Assembly: GCA_000697335.1 (NCBI GenBank)
Contig: JNEM01011211.1
Span: forward strand, 1-64,000
Origin: Conidiobolus incongruus B7586
Lineage: Eukaryota
DNA length: 64,000 nucleotides
Reading direction: 5' to 3'
A program made the translations under genes and the position numbers. The notes below the pieces were generated by a model. The model had not been told where the DNA came from and ran no database searches. It saw only the letters and a program-made list of their open reading frames with translations. How positions within the stretch are numbered: position 1 is the first letter of the stretch; every line of letters starts with the position of its first letter. Shown here piece after piece: positions 12,929 to 26,800 of this stretch.

Positions 12929-14491
12929 ATGCCAATTAATAAAATTCGATCTCGTCCAACTTCTTTGGTATTCGTAAATCCAAAAGACAGTGGATTTGAC
13001 ACGCTGCTCAATCCCAAGCCAGATCAAGCTGACGAAGCGATTTATTCGCCTACATCAGATAGTGAAAGCTTTGAATTTTACCGCTGGCACTTGGATTATC
13101 AGAATTTATGCATCTCTCAAATGGAATGGAATAATCCCCATTCTCCAGGCTCCGAGAACTTTCCCGAGAAGCTTAAGGAGGGTATAGTTGATACAAGCGA
13201 TCTCTTGTCTTTCCTATATAATAACGACGCTAAGATACCTAATAGCAACAACGTGTGGGAGATTAATGATACTTTTGAAAAACAAGTGAAAAAGAACAGA
13301 ATGAATAAGCGCGCGTGGGATCAATTGGTTGAAGAAATTGAACAGAATAATGGCCATCCTTTTGTAGATCAAGTTAAACTCAGAGATGAAATCCTACCCT
13401 GGGAACGCCAAATCCATGAAATGAACTTGGCAAAGAAAAAATTCTTCATTAGACGGTTCGTTGAGTTTGATGACTCGGAACAGAGCAAACCTTGGGAAAC
13501 ACTCATTTTAGAAGCCAAGTCCTATAAAGCTGTTGGTCACCTTTTGAATCAGGCTCAGTTGGATTTATTAAGGGATGAAATCATGCCCTGGGAAAAGCAA
13601 ATCATCGAATTACAATCCAAGGAATTTGAAGTACCAAAGGATGAGTCATGTCCCTGGAATCAGCTTATTGGCCAGGTGAGTAAGAGCTTAGAGAAGCGAG
13701 GTAAAAAATTACAACAAGAGGATATTGACAAGCTCAAGGATGAAATCATTCCTTGGGAGAAACAGATCGCAAATGGTATCTACATAGATTCATTCTCACC
13801 CATTTCAGAGAAATTTCCTGATGGCTCTAAAACTCCTCAGAGTGCAAGCTTCAATTCTAAGACTTTGGAGAATGATTCAGTCATAAGCGATAAAACCAGT
13901 CTCAAAGGCAGTAATAAGTCACTTGAACTCAATCGCAGAGACTCTAAAAGTACTAATCGCTTCGACCCTCAACCGAATACTAAACGCCTCAGTCGCCAAT
14001 ATCAGAATCTAGTCTGTGATGAGATTGACTTGACTTCTCCCACTAAAGAATCCAAGACGGAGTCCTTTGAGAAAGTTCAAGTAGAGAGCCCAAGTTACCA
14101 ATCTGTGTGGAAACGTGCTTCTTCTGTTTTATTGAACAAGAAGAGAATGTCACTCCTTGACAAGATCAAAAACATCAACCCACAGCCTAAACCCCGCTGC
14201 AAATCTGAATCATTTATCACTCCCGACCAGATTATCAATGCTCTACAGACTCATGTGTTCCCTATGGCCGATAAAGAGCTCAATGTGCCCCAGCAGATCA
14301 AGGACCAAGTTATTGAAAATATCCGTGAGAATAAACTGGATGCCGAAAAGTATATGGACTTTGTAAGTCAAGTATATTTAGCCCTTAAGTGGCAGAGTTT
14401 ACCCAGCTACTCGTTCTATGAGTCTAAATGGTCCAGAGTCACCTGCACCCGAATTCTACTACGATTATTTACATTAGGATTAGATAAATAA
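12929..14491 (+). CDS. Intronless 520-aa protein with a probable split RGS-like domain and three internal repeats
   Basis: N-terminal SESFEFYRWHLDYQ resembles RGS helix 4 (ENLxFxxWxxDY). C-terminal VFPMADKELNVPQQIKDQV...VYLALKWQSLPSY resembles the RGS C-half (FIxxxAxxExNI...VxxLMxxxSxPxF). L[RK]DEI[LMI]PWE[RK]QI occurs three times between them. Confidence 0.55.
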   Translation: MPINKIRSRPTSLVFVNPKDSGFDTLLNPKPDQADEAIYSPTSDSESFEFYRWHLDYQNLCISQMEWNNPHSPGSENFPEKLKEGIVDTSDLLSFLYNNDAKIPNSNNVWEINDTFEKQVKKNRMNKRAWDQLVEEIEQNNGHPFVDQVKLRDEILPWERQIHEMNLAKKKFFIRRFVEFDDSEQSKPWETLILEAKSYKAVGHLLNQAQLDLLRDEIMPWEKQIIELQSKEFEVPKDESCPWNQLIGQVSKSLEKRGKKLQQEDIDKLKDEIIPWEKQIANGIYIDSFSPISEKFPDGSKTPQSASFNSKTLENDSVISDKTSLKGSNKSLELNRRDSKSTNRFDPQPNTKRLSRQYQNLVCDEIDLTSPTKESKTESFEKVQVESPSYQSVWKRASSVLLNKKRMSLLDKIKNINPQPKPRCKSESFITPDQIINALQTHVFPMADKELNVPQQIKDQVIENIRENKLDAEKYMDFVSQVYLALKWQSLPSYSFYESKWSRVTCTRILLRLFTLGLDK

Positions 14492-14639
14492 ATACCCCAT
14501 TTAAATTGGCAAATCGTAATAATAAAATACATAGAAAATCAATTTAACGGATGAATTCAAAGTTTAAATCGGAATATTTTTAATTGCAAATTATAAATAT
14601 TAACACAGTATTGATATTATTCATATTTTTTTATTCATT

Positions 14640-15795
14640 ATGAACTCTTTAAAGGTTGCAGTGATAACGAATGGCCATTATTATCTAAGTGTCAAATTGG
14701 CTAAGAAATTATTGCAGGAGGGTTATTATGTGATATTAGGCAAGCACTAGTTAAATTATCAGTTAATTGAAAAACTGACATTTGATAAATAGGAGGGCGA
14801 TTTGATCTACCCAAACTACCACAACTAACCAAACTGGAGAAACATCACAGTGAATTGAAGTATCGCTTTGAGCTAATGGACTTGAATATGTTGAATTTGG
14901 ATTCTATTAAAATATTCGCCCAAAGATTATTAATCAAGGGATTGTATGTTAATAATTTAATATTGATGAATTTCAATCAAAACACTCTAAATAATGTGGT
15001 AACGGTTAAGCCTGATCAAAAAACCTTATTTGACACAATGTAAGTATTTATTCAATAGTATTTGTACTACCCTAATATTAATTCCTGACAATCTATAGAA
15101 TGATGGCTCAATACTATGGCCCTTATTTACTCACATCATTACTCTGGGATAAATTGTGCCAAAGTACACCTAGCAGAGTGATTAATATTGGATGGGGTAA
15201 ATTTAATAAGATTCAATATTGTAAGTAAATTTAGTTGATATGTTGGTATATTTACTAATGTATCGTTAGTGGTTAAAAGACCTGATTTTGACCCAGATCA
15301 AGTCTACAATTTAAATCTAAACAGAATTAGAGAGTTAGGACAATTGTACACACTATTAAACGCAGCTCATTTGAACAACCACTACGACCAGGATCGAAGT
15401 CTCCCAGAATTTGTTACGCTATGTCCGAATCATCTTATCATGACATCGATGTACAATTCCATCAAATCCAAATCCACCATCACTAACACTATATCTAAGC
15501 CCATCCTACATAAAGTCACCAAAGAATTCATCCGCCAGGTCTTTATATGCATCAATACCGATTTAAGAAAATTACCCATCCATAGAAATTATGAAAGTAG
15601 AATGTTTCGATCACAACCTACTTCGTGTACTTGGGTATATAAGAATAAGCAATGGAATTTGGTTCATTTTGATCAACTAAAGGTAATATAAATATACCAA
15701 GTATTATAATATAATCCAATATTCACAAAAATATTTTTGTTTAGGTACAAACTATCCAATGTCATACCAAGAATTATTTAAATTTAAGCCCATAG
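14640..15795 (+). CDS. Degenerate short-chain dehydrogenase/reductase (retinol-DH/WWOX-like), 5 exons
   Basis: Spliced frame is open: MNSLKVAVITNGHYYLSVKLAKKLLQEGYYVILG...LDSIKIFA...YYGPYLLTSLL...PSRVINIG. First intron 14740-14792 is GC-AG, the others are GT-AG. Confidence 0.6.
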
Positions 15796-16205
15796 TCAAA
15801 TCATTAGGATCCTATATATATATATATATATAATTTTATCAATGATATAGATAAATATTATTTCATTTTTATTAATAAATATAGATGACATATCCAAATA
15901 TTGATTAGATATTTTTTGTATGTTATTTGAAATCGTTGACAGATCAAAATATTAAATCAAAGAGGAAGAAATAAAAAGAAATTTAAATTATAAAACTATA
16001 TAAAATAATAAATTAATCATAATTAATAGCTTGAGGTGTGTAATTATTATTTTATGCTTGGTCAAATAGAATAAACAATTATATAAAGTGTTTGCTTAAT
16101 AGATTAATTATCCCATAACAATTGTCATCCAAATTCAATTCTCTTAAGTACTAGATTCGACCAAGTCAACCTCAAATAATCATTCATTATTGAATCAATA
16201 GAAAA

Positions 16206-16862
16206 ATGTCTAAATTATTATCCATTGGAATTATTGGCAAGCAAGTAAAATATCTGCCTATATTTTATTAAAAATATTTTTTACAATAATTACATAATTT
16301 AGAATGAACCTTTATTTATTCATAGTTTTAATCAAGAGATTAACCCATTAAAATTTCACTATTTAATTCACACTTCAATAGATTTAATTGAAGAAAAGAG
16401 TAATTGGGCGTAATTTTATTTTAATACTAGCCATTGTTAATACTTTTCATATTAGTTTCAAATTCTTCTAATAATAGAATGAAAGAAAATGAGCAATATT
16501 TGGGTTTATTACATATTGTCGAAGATTTCGTAATGTAAATTATATATTATATATTTTATTAGATATAGATTAATATTATTTAATTTTAGATATGGTTATG
16601 TTACTAATACCAAAATTAAACTGGTTCTAATAGCTAGTTTAGCTGACCAAATTGTTAGAGATATTGAAGTTAAAAGGGTAAATAATTAGAATTATTATTA
16701 TATTAATTGATATTAATATAAATTTAGATATTTAAAAATATTTACGCTTCCTATATTATGATCATTAGCAATCCCTTTTATCATCCTATTCCTAATCAAC
16801 CCATTCAGTCCAAATACTTGGCAGGATTGTTGGATCGAATCGGGAAAGGTCTTCTGAATTAG
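16206..16862 (+). CDS. TRAPPC2L: TRAPP subunit, sedlin family (TRAPPC2L/Tca17-like), 5 exons
   Basis: Spliced translation MSKLLSIGIIGKQNEPLFI...LKFHYLIHTSIDLIEEK...YLGLL...IYGYVTNTKIKLVL...ISNPFY. Missed by the ORF track because the exons are short. Confidence 0.85.
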
Positions 16863-17111
16863 ATAAAATATAAATAAATAATAAACAATAAATAATATTA
16901 ATATTGTATTGATATAATATCTGTCTTACTAGTTTATTTGTGATATATATTAATAAGTTTAGATATAAATTTGTATAAACTAATATATAATAATTAATTT
17001 TTCAAAATATTAAAATTTACTATAATTATTAAAATGAAAATTATGAATACCTTGATTAAAAAATAAATTTTATTTAATTATAATGAATATGATTACACAA
17101 ATATAAGAGAC

Positions 17112-18872
<1,761 letters not shown>

Positions 18873-21692
18873 TTATCTTAAATGGGAAAACTTGTTTGAT
18901 TGAATTAGATAAAACTTCAAATTACTATTGCATATTTTATTTATTCAAATATTAAGTTATTTATAAATTTTATATCAGTTTTATTTTATCAAAATTACTC
19001 ATATTATCGAAACAACTTTTGAATACCAAATCTTTATCATTTAAATTGGTTTACTGACTGATACCAAACCACCTATTAAATATAATTTATATACATTTTT
19101 AAAAAGTATACCTCAACAGTATTTATAACACTTATAAAATATATTTTTTAAAATCCAAATTACCAAAATAAGAAAGCAACAGTTCATTAATAATATTTTA
19201 TCATTTCATACCTAGATATTGAATCAAATCAACACCAATTAGCCATTAAAAGTAGGTATATTTTTTAAGTCATGATTTGACCATAAATTATAATTTGAAA
19301 ATTGTATTTAAAAATTCAAGATAAAATAACAAAACACAGCATATGATAATATTGAATAATTTAAAAGCTTTACACCAATAATTGATATTATAATATCTCA
19401 ATATATATTATATATTTGAATATACGGGTGGTTAATATTCCTCTATTTTTGCAGTTCCCAAATATTGAAATTTATACTTCCATCCATTCTTACAATATAT
19501 TATTCAAAATAACAAATTGTTTTGCTGTATCAATATCTTTGATGAAATAAACCTGATGAAATTGCTGCTACTGTGATATATGCTATATGATAAATTGAGA
19601 AATGAATCCAGATAAAATTATTTTGGTTGGCTTTTGATAATATCGAAATTTCCTAATTTATTATGTTTATTTCGACTTAATTTCATTTAAAATCTAAATA
19701 CGTATTTGAAATTATCAGACCGTTTTTCCAATAAGTACTAAAAATATAAATGTAAATATAAAATGAAATTGAGATCATAATAAGGAATAAATATATCAAA
19801 ATAATAAAAAATATAACTCTCACTTTTGATATCTAATCTTCATAGAACTATTTAATCCGTATTGAGAATCGCATCAATTATTTAAATGATATGAATTTTT
19901 AGAATTGTTGAGAAAATTAATTAAATTTTCATTAATATGGGACTTGTTTTCTATATTTATCATGCTAAACAATTGAAAATTGGATAATTATAGTTTGTTG
20001 AAATATGTTGTATGATAAATTTTATTATGTCAAAAATATTTTAGTTATCTTACATTATATATTTCAGTTTTGATTTAATCTAAACATTGAAGAATTAATA
20101 AATCCAAAATATGAAAATGATATTCTTTATATCTAAATCACAAGCTGTAAGATTATGATTTTTAATAAGCTTTGTTATTAAAAGATGTCAGTTTATATAT
20201 TTTAATCATTTCACATAATTCAACGAAAAGTTATATTGATTTAATCATGAAATGCATATACTTAAATTAATGGTGAAATTGGACAAAAAATAAATCATTC
20301 TAGCAAAATTGATTTATCTCAGTACATTTAAGAATGAATAGTATTTAAAAATTATTATTAAATGTATAGTTTTTAATACAAACATGATATTCTTTTGAGC
20401 ATTTTTATTTAAACGTAATCTTCTTCCATTATTTGGAATATAAATTGGAATTCTTGTACAAATTCTAAGGCGATTTGAATAAAAGGATAGTTATGAAGCT
20501 TTGATAAATGAAGGAAATCAATATAAAATACTAGATAAGGCGGTTAGCTAATGAGGAAAATTAAATCACTTGATATATTTATTAAAAAGTTATATTTTGA
20601 TCAATAATTATAAACTAATTTTTTTAATAATTTTCGCTACTACCAAAGGACAATTAATCAAATTTCATAATATTATTATAATTTTGTATTAAAAAAATAT
20701 TTCTATATATCCACGGTTATTTGAATGATATAATCAATTATCATTTTTAATAAGTTATTTTTATTGATATTTCTGAACTTATATGTAATTTATGCTCGTT
20801 TGGTTTAAGAAATTGATATATTTGTATTAAAAATTTTATTTTAAATATTTTATTCCATTATTTAATTAATTAATATAGAATAAATTATTATAAATTTGTA
20901 AGATATGTTTTAATTTAATGAATAATAATCGAAATTGATAGTATAAAGTAATGTTATATATATCTATAGAATATTTTCATTTATTTTTACCAACTAGCCA
21001 ATTAATAAATGATATTCAATTTATTTATAGTTAATCATCATATTATAATATGTAAAGCTTATAAGATTAATATTGAAAATAATTAAGTAAATTTAGTTTT
21101 AATCCAATTTGTTAGACTTCACACTCAATAAATACTATTCAAAGGGAGTAAATACACTATAATTTACTAAACAAGTTTAATTAAATTATTATATTTGTCA
21201 TAGTTTATCAATACTTGTCACTTTTCTCAAATTATATTCCTATTAATTTATTATTAACTTGAAAAGTGATTTTTAGTTAAATGTTAAATTTCACTTTTAA
21301 AAGTCATTGCGTTTAGTATATTTGTGTATCAATTTATATCCTATGATTAACTATGGAAGTGTATTGAATTATCAAAATACTTAATAAGAATATTATTACG
21401 ATTGAATATAACAATCCGAATCAACTGCAACAGGTGTATTGACTAAATAAATTTGGATTTAAACATTAGAGTGGTTTCAAGGTATAACTAATTTCACTAA
21501 ACTGAATTGGTGAATAAAATAGATCAGTGACGTTTGATAAGATTGATAGTGGCATCAAACAATAAATATCCAAAAAAATCAGTCAATCTGCATGTAACTA
21601 ATTAACCAACTTAATTGTCATAAATATGGCATATAACATATGCTTAATAAATAAAAATAATAACGTATCTTTTTATTATTGAATATTTTGAA

Positions 21693-22667
21693 TTAGAATT
21701 CAATAGGCAATTCACCTTCAGTTTTCAGTTTGCTTAAATATCTTTCGGTTCCATCGGCAAGGACGTCAGTATGAAGAAATTTTTGATCTTGGAATAAATC
21801 ATTACTCACTTTGTTCAACTCCAAATAATGTTTGGCCACACTGTGAATAATGTCCGCTTCATTAGTCGTATCGCTATAAAAGATACGATCACATATCTGA
21901 AGATCCCTAATAGCTGATTGGAAGTACTGCAGTGCCATATTCCTGTTCTTAGAAAAATGGTTTCCAAGGAATACAACTTTCAAATCCTTCCAATAGTCGT
22001 GATCCTTTTGAATTCCTTGAACTAGCGATTTGAAGCTTTTGTGGAGTTCTTCAACATAGACATAAGCTGAGAATTTCATATTGTCTCTCAATATTGGCTC
22101 AGAAGCTCTCGCATAGCCAAAGTATGATATATCGTCTACGAACTTTCGAAATTGAATAGATTTGAGAAGTTCTAACGTCGAATCGATGAAATAAGTATTG
22201 GTATGTATTTCATTCTGAGTCAAAGTAGTATTGTAATACGTCTTGAGAGTACCCTTGATATATGCCAAATTAGATTCCAGCTGGTTTAGAGGCTCTAAAA
22301 ATGGCTCGGGTACTTCTTGGTGTATAAAACTGGATAGAATACTTACTAAACCAAGTGCAGTGTGGGATATCTGTTTTAGAATTGTAAACTTGGGAGGTGC
22401 TTGGAATTTAGCGACATGGTAAATATTATGCGAAGGCCTTTTATCAATTAGAATTAGTTTGGACCCTTGGTTAATGAGAAGCGGATATATAACACCACTC
22501 TGTTTAATATGATCCAAGGCCTTGTCATAAAGTTCAAAAGCTATTCTGTTCAAACTCCTTCCGGGAGATTCGAATCGTTTAGGAATTTTATCGTCAGATT
22601 CTGCAAAATGGTACTGCCTGCTACTTAAAACTAAAACAATAGGCGTCAAGAGATATTTAATAAGCAT
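21693..22667 (-). CDS. Intronless predicted secreted protein of unknown function (324 aa)
   Basis: Long ORF in AT-rich DNA, hydrophobic N-terminal signal-like segment, upstream TATA-like tract. Confidence 0.8.
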   Translation of the reverse strand: MLIKYLLTPIVLVLSSRQYHFAESDDKIPKRFESPGRSLNRIAFELYDKALDHIKQSGVIYPLLINQGSKLILIDKRPSHNIYHVAKFQAPPKFTILKQISHTALGLVSILSSFIHQEVPEPFLEPLNQLESNLAYIKGTLKTYYNTTLTQNEIHTNTYFIDSTLELLKSIQFRKFVDDISYFGYARASEPILRDNMKFSAYVYVEELHKSFKSLVQGIQKDHDYWKDLKVVFLGNHFSKNRNMALQYFQSAIRDLQICDRIFYSDTTNEADIIHSVAKHYLELNKVSNDLFQDQKFLHTDVLADGTERYLSKLKTEGELPIEF

Positions 22668-22752
22668 TTTGCTTTTTTGAATAAAATTGTTAATTCAATA
22701 AATATAAAATGAAGGGTAAGAAGGGTTTATATATATTTTAAATTTAAATACG

Positions 22753-22770
22753 AATGTGACTAGTCACATT
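22753..22770. promoter_or_regulatory. Perfect 18-bp palindrome AATGTGACTAGTCACATT upstream of the 324-aa gene
   Basis: Exact self-complementarity, ~86 bp upstream of the ATG at 22667. Confidence 0.35.
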
Positions 22771-23880
22771 GAATTTGGGTTTTATTTCACTCAATTCAAA
22801 ATCACCTTGCATAAATGTATTAAATTTAATATTAACTTTATTAATTCCATATTTCTCTAGTTTGATAGCCAATGATCGTTAATTATTACATTTCTAAGCC
22901 AATCATTTTTTTGACTCGTTTCATAAAATGAGAATCAAAGGTTTTAAGATGATTAAATTGAACTTTTCAATATTAATAGTTTATGAATAGGTGAATTAAT
23001 ATTTAAACCAAATTTAAGTAATACAACTCTAATTATGGCATTTTTTTAATTTAAAAAACATTTCATATAATTTTGCAGTTATTTTTTAGTTATAAAAAAT
23101 ATATAATTCAATTTACATATGATCATGATAATTTTCTTTTAAAATAAATAGAATAATTTAAAACGCTATAAGGGTGAATTGGTTAAAATAATTCAGAATT
23201 TTCGGTTTATTTTATTGTTAAAAGGTATTGTACATAAAATAAATGTACCCGAATTGAAATCATCCAGTTGTCATTTTATCATTATAGTTTACGATTTATT
23301 ATATAAAATGAAATTAATTAATTAGTAATCAATGGTTTAGGTTTAAAATCAATTTTCAATATTATTGACAATTCAATTTGATAATTAGAAAAAAATACTG
23401 TTATATATTTAATAGTGATAATATAATAACAAACTACAATTTTTCATGTTTTCTCATTTATTTTAATTTGATTGTTTAGTTATAAATTGGTACTGGATAA
23501 TTGTATTTTTACAATACTTGACTAAAAAAAGACAAATACGAAAAATACAAATCTGAATTGTTGTTTGAATTTAAGTTACCAAATTTATTTGAAACCTTTA
23601 ATAGAAAATTGGATGGATATATTTCCATATAAGTCAACAAATCAAATTGAATTAATATTATTATTTAATGATGATCCCATAATTTTAATATTAGAGACTT
23701 CTCCATATTGAAAATAAATAACCAATTAATCCCATTGCTTGAAATTAATATTAAAACTGAAAGTCAAGTCAAAAAAAATTTAAATATTATTCATTTTCAT
23801 TTTTCATCAATTAAATTAATTATTAATATTAACTTCACATCTATAAAAGCATTTAAATAAACTGGACATATTTTTTGAAC

Positions 23881-26800
23881 ATGGAAAAAGGTAAAAATAT
23901 TGAATGCTCTCTTTCTTTGCAATTTACTAATTTAAAATCTTTTGACAAAATAGATATTGATGCTCAGATTAAACGTCAACAAGACGAAAGAAAGTTAAAA
24001 GAGCTAGAATTCAAAAATAAAGGACATATTGCTATGGTCGGTGATATTGGATATGATAAAGATATTTATGGCGATGTCGACAAAAGCTCATATGTTGATA
24101 GTATTCCTTTAGATATCGAAGAGGAGGATGACGGATTAATAGACCATAATGCAAACCCTTTTGAGGTAGACAAATCCAAAAGTAGAGTGATTGCTGATAG
24201 AGAAGGTGAATATAGAGCCAGAAGATTCAAAAGAGAGCTTTCACCAGAAAGAGCCGACCCTTTCGCTCAAAATGGCCAAGAAAAGCACGCTCGCACTTAC
24301 ACCGAAGTTTACCATGAAGCTGAAATTAATAGAGAACATGAAGAGCTCACACGCTTATATGCTCAAAAACTTCAAGAAAATAAAGAGGATGGTAAACAAG
24401 CTAGTAGTAATGGCAGAAGTCGCTGGGATATGGAAGCCCCAAAACAATCTGTAGATGAAACTCCTAGGCATCCCAGTCAATGGGATGAAACACCCAGACA
24501 TTATAGCTCTGAAGGAGGAGACACAAGAAAGCGCAATAGATGGGACGAAACACCCAACCACTCTTCATCTAGCTCATCCCGCTGGGATCAAACTCCTGTT
24601 GCTTCTTCTTCCAAATCTAGATGGGATCAGACCCCTGTTGGAAACCACTCTGAAACTGAAACGCCAAGACGCTCTAGATCCAGGTGGGACGAAACACCTG
24701 TTGCACAAACACCAAGTTCCATGGTTAATAGTACGCCTAAGCCTATGAATCTAGCTAAAATGACTCCTGAAGCATTAAATGCTTTGCGTTGGGAAAAAGA
24801 CATTGAATATCGCAACCGTTATCTTTCAGATGAAGAACTTGATCAGATGTTGCCTTCTACGGGTTTTAAAATCTTGGATGTTCCTGCTGGTTACATTGCT
24901 ATTCGCACGCCAGCCCGTAAGCTAATGGCTACTCCTACACCTCTAGCAGGATCTGGATTTATGATCCCTGAAGAAGATATCTATACCGTTCAACCTCCTG
25001 AACTCCCTACGGAAGTTCCTGGAGTTGGACAACTTCCTTTCTTTAAGCAAGAAGATATGCAATTTTTCGGGAAGTTAATGGATAATAAGGATGAAGAGTC
25101 TTTGTCTGTTGAAGAATTAAAAGAAAGAAAAATTATGCGTTTACTTCTAAAAATCAAAAATGGAACTCCTGCTATGAGAAAATCGGCCTTAAGACATATT
25201 ACTGATAAAGCTAGAGATTTTGGTGCAAAGGCTTTATTTGATCAGATTTTGCCCCTTCTTATGTCTCCTACTTTGGAAGATCAGGAAAGACATCTGTTGG
25301 TTAAAGTCATTGATCGTGTTTTATATAAGTTAGATGATTTGGTTCGTCCATATGTTCATAAGATTTTAGTTGTCATCGAACCACTATTGATTGAAGAAGA
25401 TTATTACGCCAGAGTTGAAGGTCGTGAAATCATTAGTAATTTGAGTAAAGCTGCCGGTTTAGCCACAATGATTGCTACCATGCGTCCTGATATTGATCAC
25501 GTTGATGAATATGTCAGGAACACCACTGCTCGTGCCTTTTATTCCTGCCTTGATGCCCTTCTTAAAAGCTGTATGCAGAAGTAAAAAATCTTGGCAAGCT
25601 AGACACACAGGTATTAAAATTGTACAGCAAATTGCTATTTTAATGGGATGTGCGGTTTTACCTCATTTGAAAAATTTGGTTGATATCATTCACTTGGGCC
25701 TTGAAGACGAACAACAAAAAGTTAGAACCATTACTGCTCTTTGTCTCGCTGCTTTAGCTGAAGCATCTGCTCCTTACGGTATTGAACTCAAGCCTTTATG
25801 GAATGGTATTCGTAAACACCGTGGTAAAAGTTTAGCTGCTTTCTTGAAAGCCATTGGTTATATTATCCCCTTAATGGATGCTAATTCCGCTAGCATTTAT
25901 ACTAATGCAGTAATGGCCATTTTAATCAGGGAATTTCAATCTCCTGATGAAGAAATGAAAAAGATTGTGCTCAAAGTTGTTAAGCAGTGTGCCGCTACTG
26001 ATGGTGTTCAACCATCTTACATTAAAGTGAAACTACTGTTGAGTTGGCCCAAAAAGTTGGAACAAACGAAATCGTTTCAAGGATTGTTGATGGACTTAAA
26101 GATGAATCTGAACCATATCGTAAAATGGTTATGGAATGTATCGATGCTGTTGTCACTCAATTAGGTGTTGCTGATGTTGATCCTCAACTTGAAGATAGAT
26201 GGTATTTTATATGCTTTTCAAGAACAAATTGTTGAAGATGTTGTTATGTTAAACGGTTTTGGTGCTGTTTTCAATGCTCTCGGTCTTCGTGCTAAACCTT
26301 ATTTAAGTCAAGCTGTATCTAATCTTTTGTGGCGTCTTAACAATCAATCTGCAAAGGTTCGTCAACAAGCAGCTGATTTAGTTTCTCGTATTGCAGTAGT
26401 TTTGAGAACTTGTGGCGAAGAAGCATTATTGAGTAACTTGGGTAAAGTCTTGGAGAAGAATTCTCTCAAGAATCGTCACGAAAAAGTCCAAGAAAATTGC
26501 ATTGATTTAGTTGGTCGTATTGCCGATCGTGGAGCTGAATCTGTATCTGCTCGTGAATGGATGCGCATTTGCTTTGAACTTTTGGATATGCTCAAAGCTC
26601 ATAAAAAAGGTATTCGTCGTGCTACTGTTAATACGTTCGGTTATATTGCCAAGGCTATTGGACCTCAAGATGTCTTAGCTACGTTGCTTAATAACCTTAA
26701 AGTTCAAGAACGTCAAAACCGTGTATGTACCACTGTCGCTATTGCCATTGTTGCTGAAACTTGTGCTCCATTCACTGTTCTTCCCGCTTTAATGAATGAA

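Noticed and set aside
19400..20560. Patches with weak coding-like texture on the minus strand
   Set aside because: Frequent stops and no identifiable motif
23875..23953. ORF track N-terminus of SF3B1 reading through [11 protein letters not shown]
   Set aside because: This is a 63-nt in-frame GT-AG intron with a TACTAAT branch site; the true start is the ATG at 23881
25530..26470. Idea that the SF3B1 gaps are introns or products of programmed ribosomal frameshifting
   Set aside because: Sequence is missing rather than inserted, the expected missing codons do not consistently fit GT...AG boundaries, and frameshifting cannot restore absent residues
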